In this document: piece after piece, positions 10,483 through 21,598 of the stretch
Layout of the letters: each line of letters opens with the position of its first letter
Numbering within the stretch: the stretch's first letter is position 1
Source: Candidatus Latescibacterota bacterium
GTDB taxonomy: Bacteria > Latescibacterota > UBA2968 > GCA-2709665
Reading direction: 5' to 3'
Length of the DNA: 64,000 nucleotides
Assembly: GCA_965226795.1 (NCBI GenBank)
Contig: CBDDDZ010000003.1
Coordinates: 128,001 to 192,000 of the forward strand
Translations under genes and position numbers: made by a program
Notes under the pieces: model-generated
What the model was told of the DNA's origin: nothing
The model's database searches: none
Seen by the model: only the letters and a program-made list of their open reading frames with translations

Positions 10483-11475
10483 ATGGAACTGACCTATCGG
10501 CCCCGCCGGTTGAGGCGCACGGAACCCATACGGACGCTCGTCAGGGAAACCGTATTGAACGCAGGGGATCTGATCTTTCCCATGTTCGTTACGGAAGGCG
10601 TCAACGTGCGGGAACCGATAGACTCGATGCCGGGGCAGTTCCGGTTTTCGGTCGACGAACTCGTACGGGAATGCGAGACGGTGTACGGCCTCGGCATCTG
10701 CGGCGTGAACCTGTTCGGCTATTCGGAGGAGAAGGACGAGCGCGCCACGATGGCGTACAAGCCGGACGGGTTGATCCAGAGGGCGGTGCGGGCGCTGAAG
10801 GCGGCGCTTCCCGACCTCTGCGTGCAGACCGACGTGGCGCTGGATCCGTATACCACGCACGGGCACGACGGGCTGCTGATCGACGGAGAGATCGCCAACG
10901 ACGAGAGTGTCGGGGTGCTGTGCAGAATGTCGTTGTCTCACGCCGAAGCGGGTGTGGATTGGGTGACGCCGTCGGACATGATGGACGGCCGCGTTGGCGC
11001 CATCCGTGTGGCGCTGGACGACCTTGGGTTCAGCAACGTCGGCATTATGGCTTATTCCGCCAAATATGCATCCTGCTTCTACGGTCCCTTCAGAGGGGCG
11101 CTGAAGTCCGCGCCGGTGAAGGCCCGTGGCGTACCGAAGGACAAGAAGACGTACCAGATGGATCCCGCCAATATTCGGGAAGCGATGAAAGAGATCGCAC
11201 TGGATATCCAGGAAGGAGCCGACGTGGTGATGGTGAAACCGGCGCTGCCGTACCTGGACGTCATCGCAAGGGCGAAGGAGAGTTTCGACACACCCATTGC
11301 GGCGTACAACGTGTCCGGCGAATACGGGATGGTCCTGGCGGCCGCGGAGCGGGGATGGGTGGAAAAGGAACGGGCCATGGTCGAAACACTTACGTCCATC
11401 AAACGGGCGGGCGCGGATATGATTCTGACCTACTTTGCCGTGGAAATGGCGCAACTGTTGAGGGACGGGACGTAG
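10483..11475 (+). CDS. hemB: Porphobilinogen synthase (ALA dehydratase)
   Basis: RPRRLR, DVALDPYTTHGHDG, PSDMMDGR, YQMDPAN, VMVKPALPYLD, YNVSGEY. Confidence 0.97.
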   Translation: MELTYRPRRLRRTEPIRTLVRETVLNAGDLIFPMFVTEGVNVREPIDSMPGQFRFSVDELVRECETVYGLGICGVNLFGYSEEKDERATMAYKPDGLIQRAVRALKAALPDLCVQTDVALDPYTTHGHDGLLIDGEIANDESVGVLCRMSLSHAEAGVDWVTPSDMMDGRVGAIRVALDDLGFSNVGIMAYSAKYASCFYGPFRGALKSAPVKARGVPKDKKTYQMDPANIREAMKEIALDIQEGADVVMVKPALPYLDVIARAKESFDTPIAAYNVSGEYGMVLAAAERGWVEKERAMVETLTSIKRAGADMILTYFAVEMAQLLRDGT

Positions 11476-11527
11476 CCGCTGCGTCGGGCGAAACGCACGT
11501 GAAGAAACCGGAAAAAGCAGAATTTGC

Positions 11528-11556
11528 TTGACAGGGGAATGAGAATTCGATATTGT
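11528..11556 (+). promoter_or_regulatory. Sigma70 promoter upstream of trpS leader
   Basis: TTGACA-17nt-TATTGT. Confidence 0.6.
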
Positions 11557-11594
11557 TGACCGGTTCCTCACAATTCTGTCTAAAGGAAAAAGAG

Positions 11595-11672
11595 ATGGCG
11601 GCGCGCATTGAAATTTCCAGAAGTTGGTGGCGGTACAACGCCTATCGTACCGGCCGGCTGACTGCGTGCTGA
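11595..11672 (+). CDS. Trp leader peptide (MAARIEISRSWWRYNAYRTGRLTAC)
   Basis: AAAGGA RBS; tandem TGG TGG at 11625-11630; directly upstream of a terminator and trpS. Confidence 0.8.
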   Translation: MAARIEISRSWWRYNAYRTGRLTAC

Positions 11673-11700
11673 ATTTGAGATTCAATTTAAAAGATTAACG

Positions 11701-11733
11701 TCCCTGCCGGCCCACGGCGGGGATTTTTGTTTT
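11701..11733 (+). terminator. Attenuator terminator before trpS
   Basis: 9-bp stem TCCCTGCCG/CGGCGGGGA, 5-nt loop, TTTTTGTTTT tail. Confidence 0.8.
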
Positions 11734-11746
11734 GGAGGGAATCGCA

Positions 11747-12823
11747 ATGGACGAACGGAAACGGATCCTGACGGGAGACCGGCCCACGGGGAGGATGCAC
11801 CTGGGACATTACGTCGGCTCGTTGCAAAACCGGGTGCGGCTGCAGGACGAATACGAATGTTATTTCCTGGTGGCGGACCTGCACATGCTCACAACCCGGC
11901 CGCAGAAGGAACATATCCATGCCCTGCGGGAGAACGTACGGGAGATGCTGCTGGACTACCTGGCAGTGGGCATCGATCCGTCCAGATCCACCATATACCT
12001 GCAGTCGGCGGTGCACGCGGTGTACGAGATGAATCTCTTCTTCGAGATGCTGGTGACCCTGCCGCGAGTCGCGCGCCTGCCCAGCATCAAGGATATGGCC
12101 CGCGCCGCCAGGTTGGACGACGAGGCGATCCCGTTCGGGCTTGTCGGATACCCTATTCTGCAGGCGGCGGATATTATGACGCCCCGGGCGCACCTGGTTC
12201 CCGTGGGAAAGGATAACCTGGCGCACGTGGAGGTGACTCGGGAAATCGCCCGGCGGTTCAACAGCTACTACGGGGAGGTTTTCCCGATTCCGGACGCCCT
12301 GATCGGTGACGTCCCCGTTCTTGTAGGTACCGATGGCCAGGCCAAAATGAGCAAGAGCCTGGACAATGCGATTTTTTTGTCTGACGACGCGCAGACCGTG
12401 AAGAAAAAGGTGCGTGGAATGTTCACCGATCCCAACCGGGTGAGCGCCGATATCCCCGGCAAGGTTGATGGAAATCCGGTGTTCGTATACCACGACGCGT
12501 TCAATCCGAATCGGGAGGAAGTTGCGGATCTGAAGTCGAGGTACCGCGCCGGGAAGGTCGGCGACGTGGAGGTGAAAGAGAAGTTGACTCGGGCGCTGAA
12601 CGACTTCCTCGACCCGATTCGGAAGCAAAGGGCGCGATACGAAGCGGATACCGGGTACGTGGAGAAGGTATTGTACGAAGGAACGCTGCGGGTTCGAGAG
12701 GTCGCCGATGACACGTTGAAGGCAATGAAAAAAGCGATGGGGCTCACCGGTGTCTGGAACCGGATATCAAGAAAAGCCCGCGACCGGATGCGGAACCAGG
12801 AGCAACAGATCTCCGAAATATGA
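11747..12823 (+). CDS. trpS: Tryptophan-tRNA ligase
   Basis: LTGDRPTGRMHLGH (HIGH-like), YPILQAADI, KMSKS. Confidence 0.97.
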   Translation: MDERKRILTGDRPTGRMHLGHYVGSLQNRVRLQDEYECYFLVADLHMLTTRPQKEHIHALRENVREMLLDYLAVGIDPSRSTIYLQSAVHAVYEMNLFFEMLVTLPRVARLPSIKDMARAARLDDEAIPFGLVGYPILQAADIMTPRAHLVPVGKDNLAHVEVTREIARRFNSYYGEVFPIPDALIGDVPVLVGTDGQAKMSKSLDNAIFLSDDAQTVKKKVRGMFTDPNRVSADIPGKVDGNPVFVYHDAFNPNREEVADLKSRYRAGKVGDVEVKEKLTRALNDFLDPIRKQRARYEADTGYVEKVLYEGTLRVREVADDTLKAMKKAMGLTGVWNRISRKARDRMRNQEQQISEI

Positions 12824-12952
12824 GGATACGCATGGAACGGCGGAACGGCATTCCGGATGGGATGATGGCGATTTCAATGCGACGCTGGTGGTTCTGCGCA
12901 ACGGGAGCCGTGCGTCCGCCACCGGATGGTCGAAACCACGCAGTATGACTAA

Positions 12953-12990
12953 GGCCGCGGTTCACCTGAAGGCGAATCTCGGCTTTTTTC
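12953..12990 (+). terminator. Intrinsic terminator after trpS
   Basis: Imperfect stem GCCGCGGTTC/GAATCTCGGC followed by T-run. Confidence 0.5.
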
Positions 12991-13071
12991 GTCGAGAAAC
13001 GAGAACCAGTGTTTGCAGGTCATACAGAGGCTTCCAGGGCGCCTCACCTCGTTTTCCGGATCATGGATTAT

Positions 13072-14040
13072 CTAATGCGATAGGGATGAGTCCTCGCGAA
13101 CAGGGCCGGTCCGCTCGCGGTTGGCGGCCTCGAACAGGCCGGCGGCGAGCGCTTCGAGGCGCTCGCGCCATGCCAGTTTGTCCAGCCACCCGGGGGGAGC
13201 GCCCGACATGCCCCACAGCGCGCCGGCAAGCTGACCGGTAACGGCGGCCACCGTGTCGGCGTCATTGGCGAGATTGGCGGCCAGAACCAGGGCATCCTCA
13301 ATCGAATCTGATCTGTCCACGCACCACAGCGCCGCTTCGAGCGTGTGCAGTACATATCCCGACGAGGAAATGTCGCCGCGCTCCCTGGGGCGCCACGACC
13401 CCGCGGCCACCCCGGCGATCTGAGCGTCGCCGCTCCAGTCCCTCGCGCGCAGGACGGTTTCTTTCGGCGCCCCGGCTATCGCCTCGATCAGCAGTTCGAC
13501 ATAAAGCGCACAAGCCTCTACCGCTTGCGCGGCGCCGTGCGTGGTGCGGCTCTGCAATCGGGCGGCCGCAGTTGCCCCGGACCGGTCGCGCCACCAGCGG
13601 ATCGCCACCGGCGACAGCCGCATGAGCGAACCGTTGCCGGCGCTTTGCGGATCGGTGCTGCCGCTCAACGGTTCCCGGGTTTCGCTAAAGGAGTCAAGCG
13701 CGACGGCCGTTGCCCTGCCGATATCGAAACACTTGCCGGTGACCGAGTTGTGTCCCTCCTCATACCACCGGAGGAACCGTTGCATCAGGTCCCGGACATC
13801 GAGCAGGCCGCGTTCCAGCAACGATTCCGCGAGGCAGAGGGCCATGCTCGTATCGTCGGTCCATTCCCCGGCGGCGAGGCCGAACGGGCCCCCGCCCACG
13901 AGGTCGGTAACCGGTGGCTTTGTGTCCCGCCCGGCGAACTCGAGCGTCGTGCCGAGCGCGTCGCCCAGCGCGAGCCCAACCAGCGCCCCTTTTGCACGGT
14001 CCAGAGCCCCCGCCACGTCACGGTTTGGCGCCCGGCCCAT
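13072..14040 (-). CDS. ADP-ribosylglycohydrolase family protein (DraG/Tri1-like)
   Basis: GLALGDALG, WTDDT, GNGSLMR, DADT motifs. Confidence 0.92.
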   Translation of the reverse strand: MGRAPNRDVAGALDRAKGALVGLALGDALGTTLEFAGRDTKPPVTDLVGGGPFGLAAGEWTDDTSMALCLAESLLERGLLDVRDLMQRFLRWYEEGHNSVTGKCFDIGRATAVALDSFSETREPLSGSTDPQSAGNGSLMRLSPVAIRWWRDRSGATAAARLQSRTTHGAAQAVEACALYVELLIEAIAGAPKETVLRARDWSGDAQIAGVAAGSWRPRERGDISSSGYVLHTLEAALWCVDRSDSIEDALVLAANLANDADTVAAVTGQLAGALWGMSGAPPGWLDKLAWRERLEALAAGLFEAANRERTGPVREDSSLSH

Positions 14041-14143
14041 CACGCCACCCTCGCCAAACTTCTGCTCGATAACCTCATGGAATTCCTCCAATGCGATAGG
14101 GGGGCGCCGGACCCTCCCGGAAAGTGATCGCGGCACATACTAG

Positions 14144-14180
14144 AAAAAAAGCGTGGCGCGGCAGATGCCGTGCCACGCTT
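14144..14180 (-). terminator. Intrinsic terminator after TonB-dependent receptor
   Basis: Long GC stem AAGCGTGGCGCGGC/GCCGTGCCACGCTT with U-tail on the minus strand. Confidence 0.75.
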
Positions 14181-14199
14181 GGCCGGACCCTTCGCGCGC

Positions 14200-17162
14200 T
14201 CAGAAGCGCAGGCTGACTTGGCTGAAGACAAGGCGGCCCACCTCCGGAGCGCCGATGAACGAACGGTATGGCGTATTGAGGACGTTGCTCCCGTCGACAT
14301 GGAAAACCAGATCCCTTTCGACGGGCAACCGATAGTTCAGCGTCAGGTCAAGAACCGTATAGGCATCCACGTCGCCCACGTACACCCCGGATTGCATGGG
14401 AAAGGAACCAGTGAAGCGCAACGCGCCGCCGACGGCCAACCCCAACCGGGAGAAGTCGTACGACGCCCCGAGTTTGAACTTGTGCCGGGGCGCATTCAGC
14501 GCGATATCGCCGCTCCCCGGGACATGGGTGTATTTCAGGTTCTCAAAGAAATTTTCGTTCACAAAGGAGTAGTTGCCAGTTAGCCTCCATTGCGCAGTCG
14601 GATAGTAGGCCAGGCTCAGATCCAATCCGTGGATGGTGACATCTTCATAATTGCGGTATGTCAACACCATCGCGTAGGGTTCGGACGCCTGCTCCGGCGT
14701 CACCGTGCCGTATGGAATCGCGGCCGCCCCGGCCACAAAGATGGCAGTAAGTTCGTCCACCGGTGAACCGTTCCTGTTGCCCTCCAGGAGACCTGGCACC
14801 TGCACCTCGTCCACCACCTGCAAGCCCGCGGCGATCAGCGCATTGGCCGGATCGGACAGCGTCTGTTCGAATCCCCGATTCAGAGCCGCGCCCAGACTCT
14901 CCGGTTCGAGAAAGACGTTGGGGGTTTCCACCGAAACCGAGCCCACGTAATTCTCGATTCTGGACTGATACAGATCCGCGGCCACGACGAGTTTGTCGGC
15001 CACGACGGCCTTTGTAGCCGAATTCGATTGTCCTCGTAATGGCGGACTGGATGCGCGGAACGTCATAGGCCGTAACAGGCGTGGCGCCGTCCGACTCAAC
15101 AAAGAAGAACGGCTGTCGACTTTCATCGGGCTCTTCACCGAGCGGCTCCGCCTCGATGTTCAACCGACCCATGACATTGCGCAGACCTGTCAATCGCTCG
15201 GGTACGATACCGGGAAAGGCCTCAGCCAGTCCATTCGCAATGGCCTGGGCTTCTTCGGCACCCAGGCCCTGTTCGATCAGGATGTCGACGGCCATTTCTT
15301 TTATAGTGGGCAATAGTTGCGCCAGCACCGCCTCCCGGCCGACACCCCACATTACGTTGGTGAAGACCGGGTCGTCCAAACGCAGGTACTGATCGGCCGG
15401 CAGACCGGCCATAGCGGCAAAGGGCGATCGGAAAAGCGGCCGGCCTCCTTCCCGCCGGAACGTGAAGCCGTAACCGTTGTTCCGGTAGTTTCCCTGTGTC
15501 CGGAGGTCCATTGCATCGAACTCCAGTCCGCGTGCTGAAAACATCGGCGTGAAAATCTCGCTGAACCCGAAGGGGTCTCTGGCTGCCTGCAGATCGAGGT
15601 AGAGATTGTTCGACGTGGGTGTGCTGAAAGCCCGGTTGTAGGTCAAACGCCACGTCTGGGTCGGCTTTGGCTTGAACACCAGTGCGGCACGGGGCGAAAA
15701 TTCAGGATCCGCGAGGCGGTTATGGTAGTCGTAGCGCAGGGCAAGTACCAGGTCAAGCATCCGGGAAAGGGAGGTTTCACTCTGCAGGTAGACGCCGAAC
15801 TCGTTCAGGTCGTCGTCATCCTCGTTCCTGCCCATGATTGTACCTTCGGTATTCGGCCGCGTCATCAGCGCGTCCAGGCCGTACGTGAATCGCTGGCGGG
15901 CGCCCAGATTCGACGTATGTTGCGTCTGGAAAACCGTGAGGGCGGATCTGTCGACCACGGGAGTGCCGGTACGCAACAGAAAGGTGCCGCCCGCATCGGT
16001 CCAGTTGCGGAAGGCCTGGATAAACCAGTCGCCGTACAACACCCGCAGCTGGGCGTAGTTGTACTGCCAGTCTATCGTCTGCGAGGCGCCCACGGCAGTC
16101 AGCCCGACCAGGTCCGCCTTGTTGTGTCCCGCCGACAGGATGGCGGTGAAGTTGTCGGAGGCGCGCCAATCCAGACGCGCTTCCAGGCCGAGATTCTTGG
16201 TATCGGGATCGCGGGTCTGGAAGCGGCTGACAAGTTCAAATCGGCGGCGATCTCCTTCATCTCGTGCGCTGCCTGGCTCTTACCTCTTCCGGGTCGGTAT
16301 ACTCCCACTCCCTCCCCGTGTAGTACCGGGCCGAAACCTTGTAGCCCACCCGGTCCCCGACCGCGCCTGCGTGCCGAATCGAGGCCTGGTGCAGGCTGCG
16401 CTCTCCATATCCGAAATGGGCGCTCGTGCCCTGCGAGGTAAACGGGGAATGGGTAATGATATGCATGACTCCATCGGCGCTGTTGGGTCCGTACAGGGCC
16501 GATCCCGGCCCCAGGACCACCTCGATCCGTTCCACGTCGTCACTGGTAATGGGAATGAAATTCGGGGCGTTGACCCGCACGGAGGGCACCCGGGCGAGAC
16601 GGTTGTCCGTCATCATGAGCAGGGTCCCCGTGAATACACTGTTGAAGCCGCGCACCACGATGCTGCTGTTGGCCATCCCAGTCTTCGCAAAGTCCACCGC
16701 TGGCAGATTTTTGACGTGGTCGGCGACGTTCATCGACGGGTTGTTGCGGATGTCGGCCTCCTCAACCACCACGACCGAAGCGGGGGCCTCCAGGGCCCTT
16801 TCCTGCCGTCGTGAAGCGGAGACCACGCTCTGCTCCAGAAAAATGACCTGTTCCTTGAGGATCACATTCAGCGTGGTGGACCGGCCTGCCTGCACCGACA
16901 CGTTTTCCCGGATTTCGGGCTTGTAGCCAATGAATGTAATCTCGATCCGGTAATTCCCCGCCGGAACGGCAAAACGGAACCGCCCCTCGGTGCCTGCCGC
17001 GGCCCCGGTTCTCTCCGGCTGATCGTTGCCCTGAACAACGATATTGGCGCCGGACAGGGACTTCCCGCCCGCTCCTGTAACCGTCCCTTCGAGATAGCCA
17101 CCGGGTTGGGCCCAAACAGTCCCGACCCCCTGCATCATCCAGAGAAATAGCAACGCGCGCAC
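14200..17162 (-). pseudogene. TonB-dependent receptor with N-terminal CarboxypepD_reg-like domain, two frameshifts (~16270, ~15008)
   Basis: Signal peptide, VVSASRR TonB box region, IEVVLGPGSALYG plug, FSPRAALVFKP, C-terminal Phe; three ORFs join into one. Confidence 0.85.
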
Positions 17163-17411
17163 CGTGTTTTCCCCCTCGAACGTCCAGGGCCGGCCCTGAA
17201 TTGGCGGTTTGAGAACCAAACACTTCTAAAATGCGTCATTTATCCGATGGCTTGACGACGACTTTGGCCGTCACCCAGCGGCGTTACGGTCGAAATTGCG
17301 GTGTTCGAAGGTCGTAATCCGTCCGGTATGCGAAATGCCGGATGAATCGAATTATCCGGATAACATGCGCCGGCCATTGTCCGAATTTCGAAATTTTGTT
17401 AAATATTTAAA

Positions 17412-17439
17412 GTTATATCGGAATACCCGGTCTTGTCAA
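17412..17439 (-). promoter_or_regulatory. Candidate promoter of TonB receptor gene
   Basis: TTGACA-16nt-TATAAC on the minus strand. Confidence 0.45.
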
Positions 17440-17710
17440 CTTTCGAATTACCGCCGTCGTATGAATGGACTCTCGACCTTCTTCGATATCCTTTAAGCGA
17501 CGATTTGAAACGAGTCAATCAATCCAGTGGTTATGTTTCAATTGTTTAAGACGGAACACCCGGTTACGTTACCGCCAGGACGCAGTAAACGATAGCCCAT
17601 CTTTCCGGTCTAATTCTCGAGCCTATCAAACTGCAGTCGCCAATTGATAAACGCGTTTTCATTTTCGCGAACCCGGGTGATCAATCCGACAAAGGCAAAA
17701 GGAGCATACA

Positions 17711-18238
17711 ATGAACGGAACATTCGAAGACTTTGTGAACCAGCAGGCAGCCAAGGTCGATTCGTCAGGTGACTGGATCCAAGAACGCGACAATTGGATA
17801 GAGCGCCTTAGCGAATTCTACCAGCTGGCCGAGAGTTTTCTTTCGAGATACGTCGATGAAGGCAAAATACAAATTTCACGATTTCCGAAACACATCAACG
17901 AGGAGTTCATTGGCAGCTATGAAGTTCCGTCACTCGAGGTCCAGATCGGAGCTGTTAAGGTCCGTTTCGATCCGATCGGTACATACTTGATCGGTGCTAA
18001 AGGCCGTGTGGACATGCACGGACCGCATGGATCGGTCAAGTTTGTTCTCGTCCCAAAACCGGCTTCTGCACCAACGATACGTGTTGTCGAACGAGAAGTG
18101 CCGAATAAGAAGGCTGGGGCGAATCCTGTATTGACGGAATGGGCATGGAAAATATCGACGACGCCACCGAACATCAGCTACATCGAACTTGAAGAAGAGT
18201 CCTTTCTATCCGCGATAATGGAAGTCGCGAATGCCTAG
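17711..18238 (+). CDS. Hypothetical protein (175 aa)
   Basis: AAGGAG RBS, ATG, lower GC, protein-like composition (RFDPIGTYLIGAKGRVD). Confidence 0.75.
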   Translation: MNGTFEDFVNQQAAKVDSSGDWIQERDNWIERLSEFYQLAESFLSRYVDEGKIQISRFPKHINEEFIGSYEVPSLEVQIGAVKVRFDPIGTYLIGAKGRVDMHGPHGSVKFVLVPKPASAPTIRVVEREVPNKKAGANPVLTEWAWKISTTPPNISYIELEEESFLSAIMEVANA

Positions 18239-18620
18239 GGCTCGAAGGATCGGGTTTTCCGGTGAAAACCTCCAGCTTGTCCGGATCGCGCAATATTACA
18301 GTGATATTGAAGCATCCGTACGAAGCTACTTTTCTTCTGAAAACTTCCGTTCGAGAGCACGATTTGCAGGTTATTCGAGATATGAAGTGGAACTATAATT
18401 GGGTTCGACTCTTGAAGAACACGCACGAAGTACTTCTATGAGTATTTTGGCAGCTTTGGAAGCAGCCTTCCGAATCGACTATCTGCAGAGGTGCTACAAA
18501 CGGCTGAGAGATCCCTTGTCAAGGGCTTTTCGTAACGCACACCAGGAAAAGGGCGTACGTGTAACGTTAGAGGATATTTTTTCGCTGTGGCAATTGCATT
18601 GGGATGTTTCTCCATCCGTA
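18231..18620 (+). pseudogene. Partner gene of 17711-18238, with premature TAA (18396) and truncated 3' end
   Basis: Overlapping ATG 18231 is in frame with ORF 18399 across a single TAA; LAALEAAFRIDYL helix. Confidence 0.6.
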
Positions 18621-19491
18621 TTTCCGACTTGGATCATACTGCGCACACCTCGGCGAGAGTATTAGCGCATCTATGCACTTGCTGAATCGGACGAGGTATG
18701 ATGCGTACGAAGACTTCGTTGTTCTTCATCATACTGACCCTGGAGTTGCGGCCTGTAAAGATACAGTCGGACCTGGTTATATTGAGATACTTGAAGTCAC
18801 CGTGGGTCCGACCATGGCCAGATGTTACGGCGTCGGCGAACGGACCTGCATGGTGGTTGACGGCTATTTGTTTTACGATGGGATCGATGGCTTCAACTTC
18901 GAACCCGGCCACACCTACCGTCTGCGGATCGGGAAATACGACCCATGGAATGGAGAGGAACCGCCGCAAGATGCCAGCCGATACGCCTATCGCCTGTTGG
19001 AACAACTGGAGAAAACCGTTGCTTTGTCCACGCCGGCGACATTGTCTCTGGGGCCGACTCGAGTGAAATGCCAATCTTCCGATGACTTCTGTCTGCTGGT
19101 TGACGGTGCGCCATACGACGATATCATCACGAACTTTGAATACGAGGCAGGATATCACTATACATTAAATGTAAACAAATATGGCGATGGCCGCTACCTG
19201 CTGAACGAAGTCGACGCGAAGACCGAGGCGACAGGTACGGACGAGGAAGTCATCGTCGTGGGACCGCACCGGGTCAAATGCGACGACAACTATCCTGTAT
19301 ACTGCAACGTCGTCAATGGAGCCGCGTTCCGAAGTGAAATCGTGGATTTTCAGCCCGCGCACGACTACAGTTACCGCTTGCGGGTGGTACGATTCAGCAT
19401 GTTTACCGGCGGAGTCGCCGCGTCGTCACCGGATGTTCCGACCTTCGGCTACCGCTGGTTGGAAACGCTCGAGCGAAGTCCTGGCAACTGA
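18604..19491 (+). CDS. DUF4377-like repeat protein (three repeats), probably 5' truncated
   Basis: Three C..C-V-D/N-G..IxxF.(F/Y)E.G..Y.L units; no convincing RBS. Confidence 0.65.
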   Translation: MFLHPYFRLGSYCAHLGESISASMHLLNRTRYDAYEDFVVLHHTDPGVAACKDTVGPGYIEILEVTVGPTMARCYGVGERTCMVVDGYLFYDGIDGFNFEPGHTYRLRIGKYDPWNGEEPPQDASRYAYRLLEQLEKTVALSTPATLSLGPTRVKCQSSDDFCLLVDGAPYDDIITNFEYEAGYHYTLNVNKYGDGRYLLNEVDAKTEATGTDEEVIVVGPHRVKCDDNYPVYCNVVNGAAFRSEIVDFQPAHDYSYRLRVVRFSMFTGGVAASSPDVPTFGYRWLETLERSPGN

Positions 19492-19496
19492 ACTTC

Positions 19497-19776
19497 GGAC
19501 GGGTCGCCTTCGCACCGGGTCTTGAGGGGCCGGCGATGGCGTTGGATACCGCCTGCTCGTCATCTCTGGTTGCGATACACCAGGCGGCGTTGGGCTTGGA
19601 TCGGGGCGAGGCGGAGGCGGACGGCGACCGGATCTGGGGGGTGATCCCGTGGCTCGGGGGTCAACCAGGATGGGGCGAGCCCGGGCCTGACTGTACCGAA
19701 CGGGGCCGCACAGAAGCGAGTGATCGAGGAGGCGCTGGCGGGCGCGGTGATCGCTCCTTCGGAAGTGGACTACCTG
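19497..19776 (+). pseudogene. Type I PKS ketosynthase remnant (SupA-like)
   Basis: [20 protein letters not shown], then after an internal deletion and frameshift [28 protein letters not shown]...EVDYL. Confidence 0.85.
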
Positions 19777-19846
19777 CTGGAATTTACAAGGGGGTTGCCA
19801 ACGCCGGGAGGTCCAAGGCAACAATCGGGCCGCGCCGCGACAGAAC

Positions 19847-20614
19847 TCAGAGAAGGGCTTCGACGTATCGGCGCGCGGAAATGGCGGCGGGCAAGGGCTC
19901 ATCCCGGTCGACGCCCGCAAGTTCAACCACGAGCGGGCCATCGTAACGGCAATCCGCCAACAGGTTCAGCAACGCCGTAAACGGCAGTTCTCCCTCGCCG
20001 AAGGGCACGGGCTTGTCGCCCTGCTGGTCGCGCAGATGGACGAGACCGATGCGCCCGGCGAGGGCCTCGGCGAAGGGTATGATCGATTCGCCCGCCGAGA
20101 GCAGGTGGCCGGTGTCTACGAGAACGCGCGCCCGTTCCGGCAACTCGGGCATCACCGCCTGGTAGTCGGCCAGCCCCTGGAGGCGGGTCCCCGCCTGATT
20201 GCCCAGGTTGAGGACAATATCGGGAATGTTTGACAGGAGCGTATTGACGCCGTCGATGAGATCGGCGAGCGCTTCTGATGTGCGGTCGCCGCCACTCGTA
20301 TTCAGGGTCTTCACGCCGAGGGCGCGGCCCAGGTGGATGTCCCATTCGAGTTGGCGCAGGTTGTAGGCAAGGTTTCGCTCGTCGGAATCTGCCTTCCGGC
20401 CGGTGAGATTGCGAATATTCAAGCTGGCAAGCTGCATACCGGCGTCCGCGATGACGGAGCGGACCATCGGCACGGACCAGTCGCGGTGGACGGGGGTGCT
20501 CTGTGTGCAGGCGCGGAAGAGTTCCACGCGGGAGAATCCGGCCGCTCGGGCCAGATCCAGAACTTCGGGCAGGTGCAGGTCCGGACAGAGCGTCGGGCTG
20601 AAAACGAGGTGCAT
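19847..20614 (-). CDS. Sugar phosphate isomerase/epimerase (xylose isomerase-like TIM barrel)
   Basis: VDTGH, VHLRD, PFGEG, LVVE motifs. Confidence 0.8.
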   Translation of the reverse strand: MHLVFSPTLCPDLHLPEVLDLARAAGFSRVELFRACTQSTPVHRDWSVPMVRSVIADAGMQLASLNIRNLTGRKADSDERNLAYNLRQLEWDIHLGRALGVKTLNTSGGDRTSEALADLIDGVNTLLSNIPDIVLNLGNQAGTRLQGLADYQAVMPELPERARVLVDTGHLLSAGESIIPFAEALAGRIGLVHLRDQQGDKPVPFGEGELPFTALLNLLADCRYDGPLVVELAGVDRDEPLPAAISARRYVEALL

Positions 20615-21366
20615 CAACTGATCCCCTCCCAACGAACCCATGGGTCGTCGCAGGTCTCAAAGCGGATATCGTCGGCGTCCTTGCGCGAGAAACGACCGAT
20701 AAGTGCCATGCGGATATTTCGATTGACGTTTTTGGATCCCGTGTGGAAGAGTTGGCTGTGCCAGAAGATGGCATCGCCGGCCCTGCCGGTGAATTCGTGT
20801 CCTTCCGGAAACGTTCCCTCAGGATAAACATCGCTGAAAACGCCGCCGCGGACCGACAGCAGCGAGTGCGTCCTGAAGTACTCGTAGGACACATTGTGGC
20901 TGCCGGGCCAATAGGTGAAACACCCGCCCCGCGAGGCGATGTCCTCCACGTAGATCGTGACGTTGATCGTCATGTATCCGACCGTCCCTTCGGGCACGCC
21001 GTTGGTTGGGGTGTAGTACCCGTCGAGATGGCCGCGTTCCGGCAGCGACCATGCCTTGTCTCCGGATGGGTAAACCAGCGCGGGACCCGCGCTTCCGGGA
21101 TTGAGGCGACCCTTGCCCACCATTTCCTCCATCATCGCGAAGAGCCGCGACTCGTGAACGGCGGCCCGGATGGCGGGATGGTGTGCGGGCGCCGGGGTGC
21201 GCGGTCCGGCTTCGACCCAGGATTCAGGATCGCGGCGGTCGGCCTCGATGCCGCTCCAGAGGGCGTCCTGAACGGCGCGAACCTGAGCGGACGTGAGCGC
21301 GCCGCGAACGATCAGACAGCCGTTCTCCTTAAAGAAACGCTTGTCTGCGTCGGAGAGATGAGGCAT
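20614..21366 (-). CDS. Phytanoyl-CoA dioxygenase (PhyH) family protein
   Basis: FFKENG, HLDG, WPGSH, AGDAIFWH..FH motifs. Confidence 0.85.
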   Translation of the reverse strand: MPHLSDADKRFFKENGCLIVRGALTSAQVRAVQDALWSGIEADRRDPESWVEAGPRTPAPAHHPAIRAAVHESRLFAMMEEMVGKGRLNPGSAGPALVYPSGDKAWSLPERGHLDGYYTPTNGVPEGTVGYMTINVTIYVEDIASRGGCFTYWPGSHNVSYEYFRTHSLLSVRGGVFSDVYPEGTFPEGHEFTGRAGDAIFWHSQLFHTGSKNVNRNIRMALIGRFSRKDADDIRFETCDDPWVRWEGIS

Positions 21367-21598
21367 AGCATGTACCTCTTGACCTGGTTTACGTAGTATG
21401 TACTGCGTGGTCTGAATGGCCAATATAGCCAAATGGCTGTCCGAAGAGACGGTTTTTCTTCCCGGCATTCTGACCGGGCGGAACGGTGGGCATCGTGTCG
21501 GAACACCGATTCGCTCACAATAACGGATTGACTTGACGCGAGACGATCGCTATCTTTCCGTTCCGCTTCAACCATCCACACGACGAAAGGTCATGCAC

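Noticed and set aside
11560..11730. T-box riboswitch upstream of trpS
   Set aside because: No GGTGG.ACCGCG T-box or stem I; leader-peptide attenuation explains the region
12832..12948. Second small ORF with WW (MERRNG...RRWWFC...) and RBS right after trpS, followed by a terminator
   Set aside because: No co-oriented gene downstream to regulate and no clear antiterminator; probably chance plus the trpS terminator
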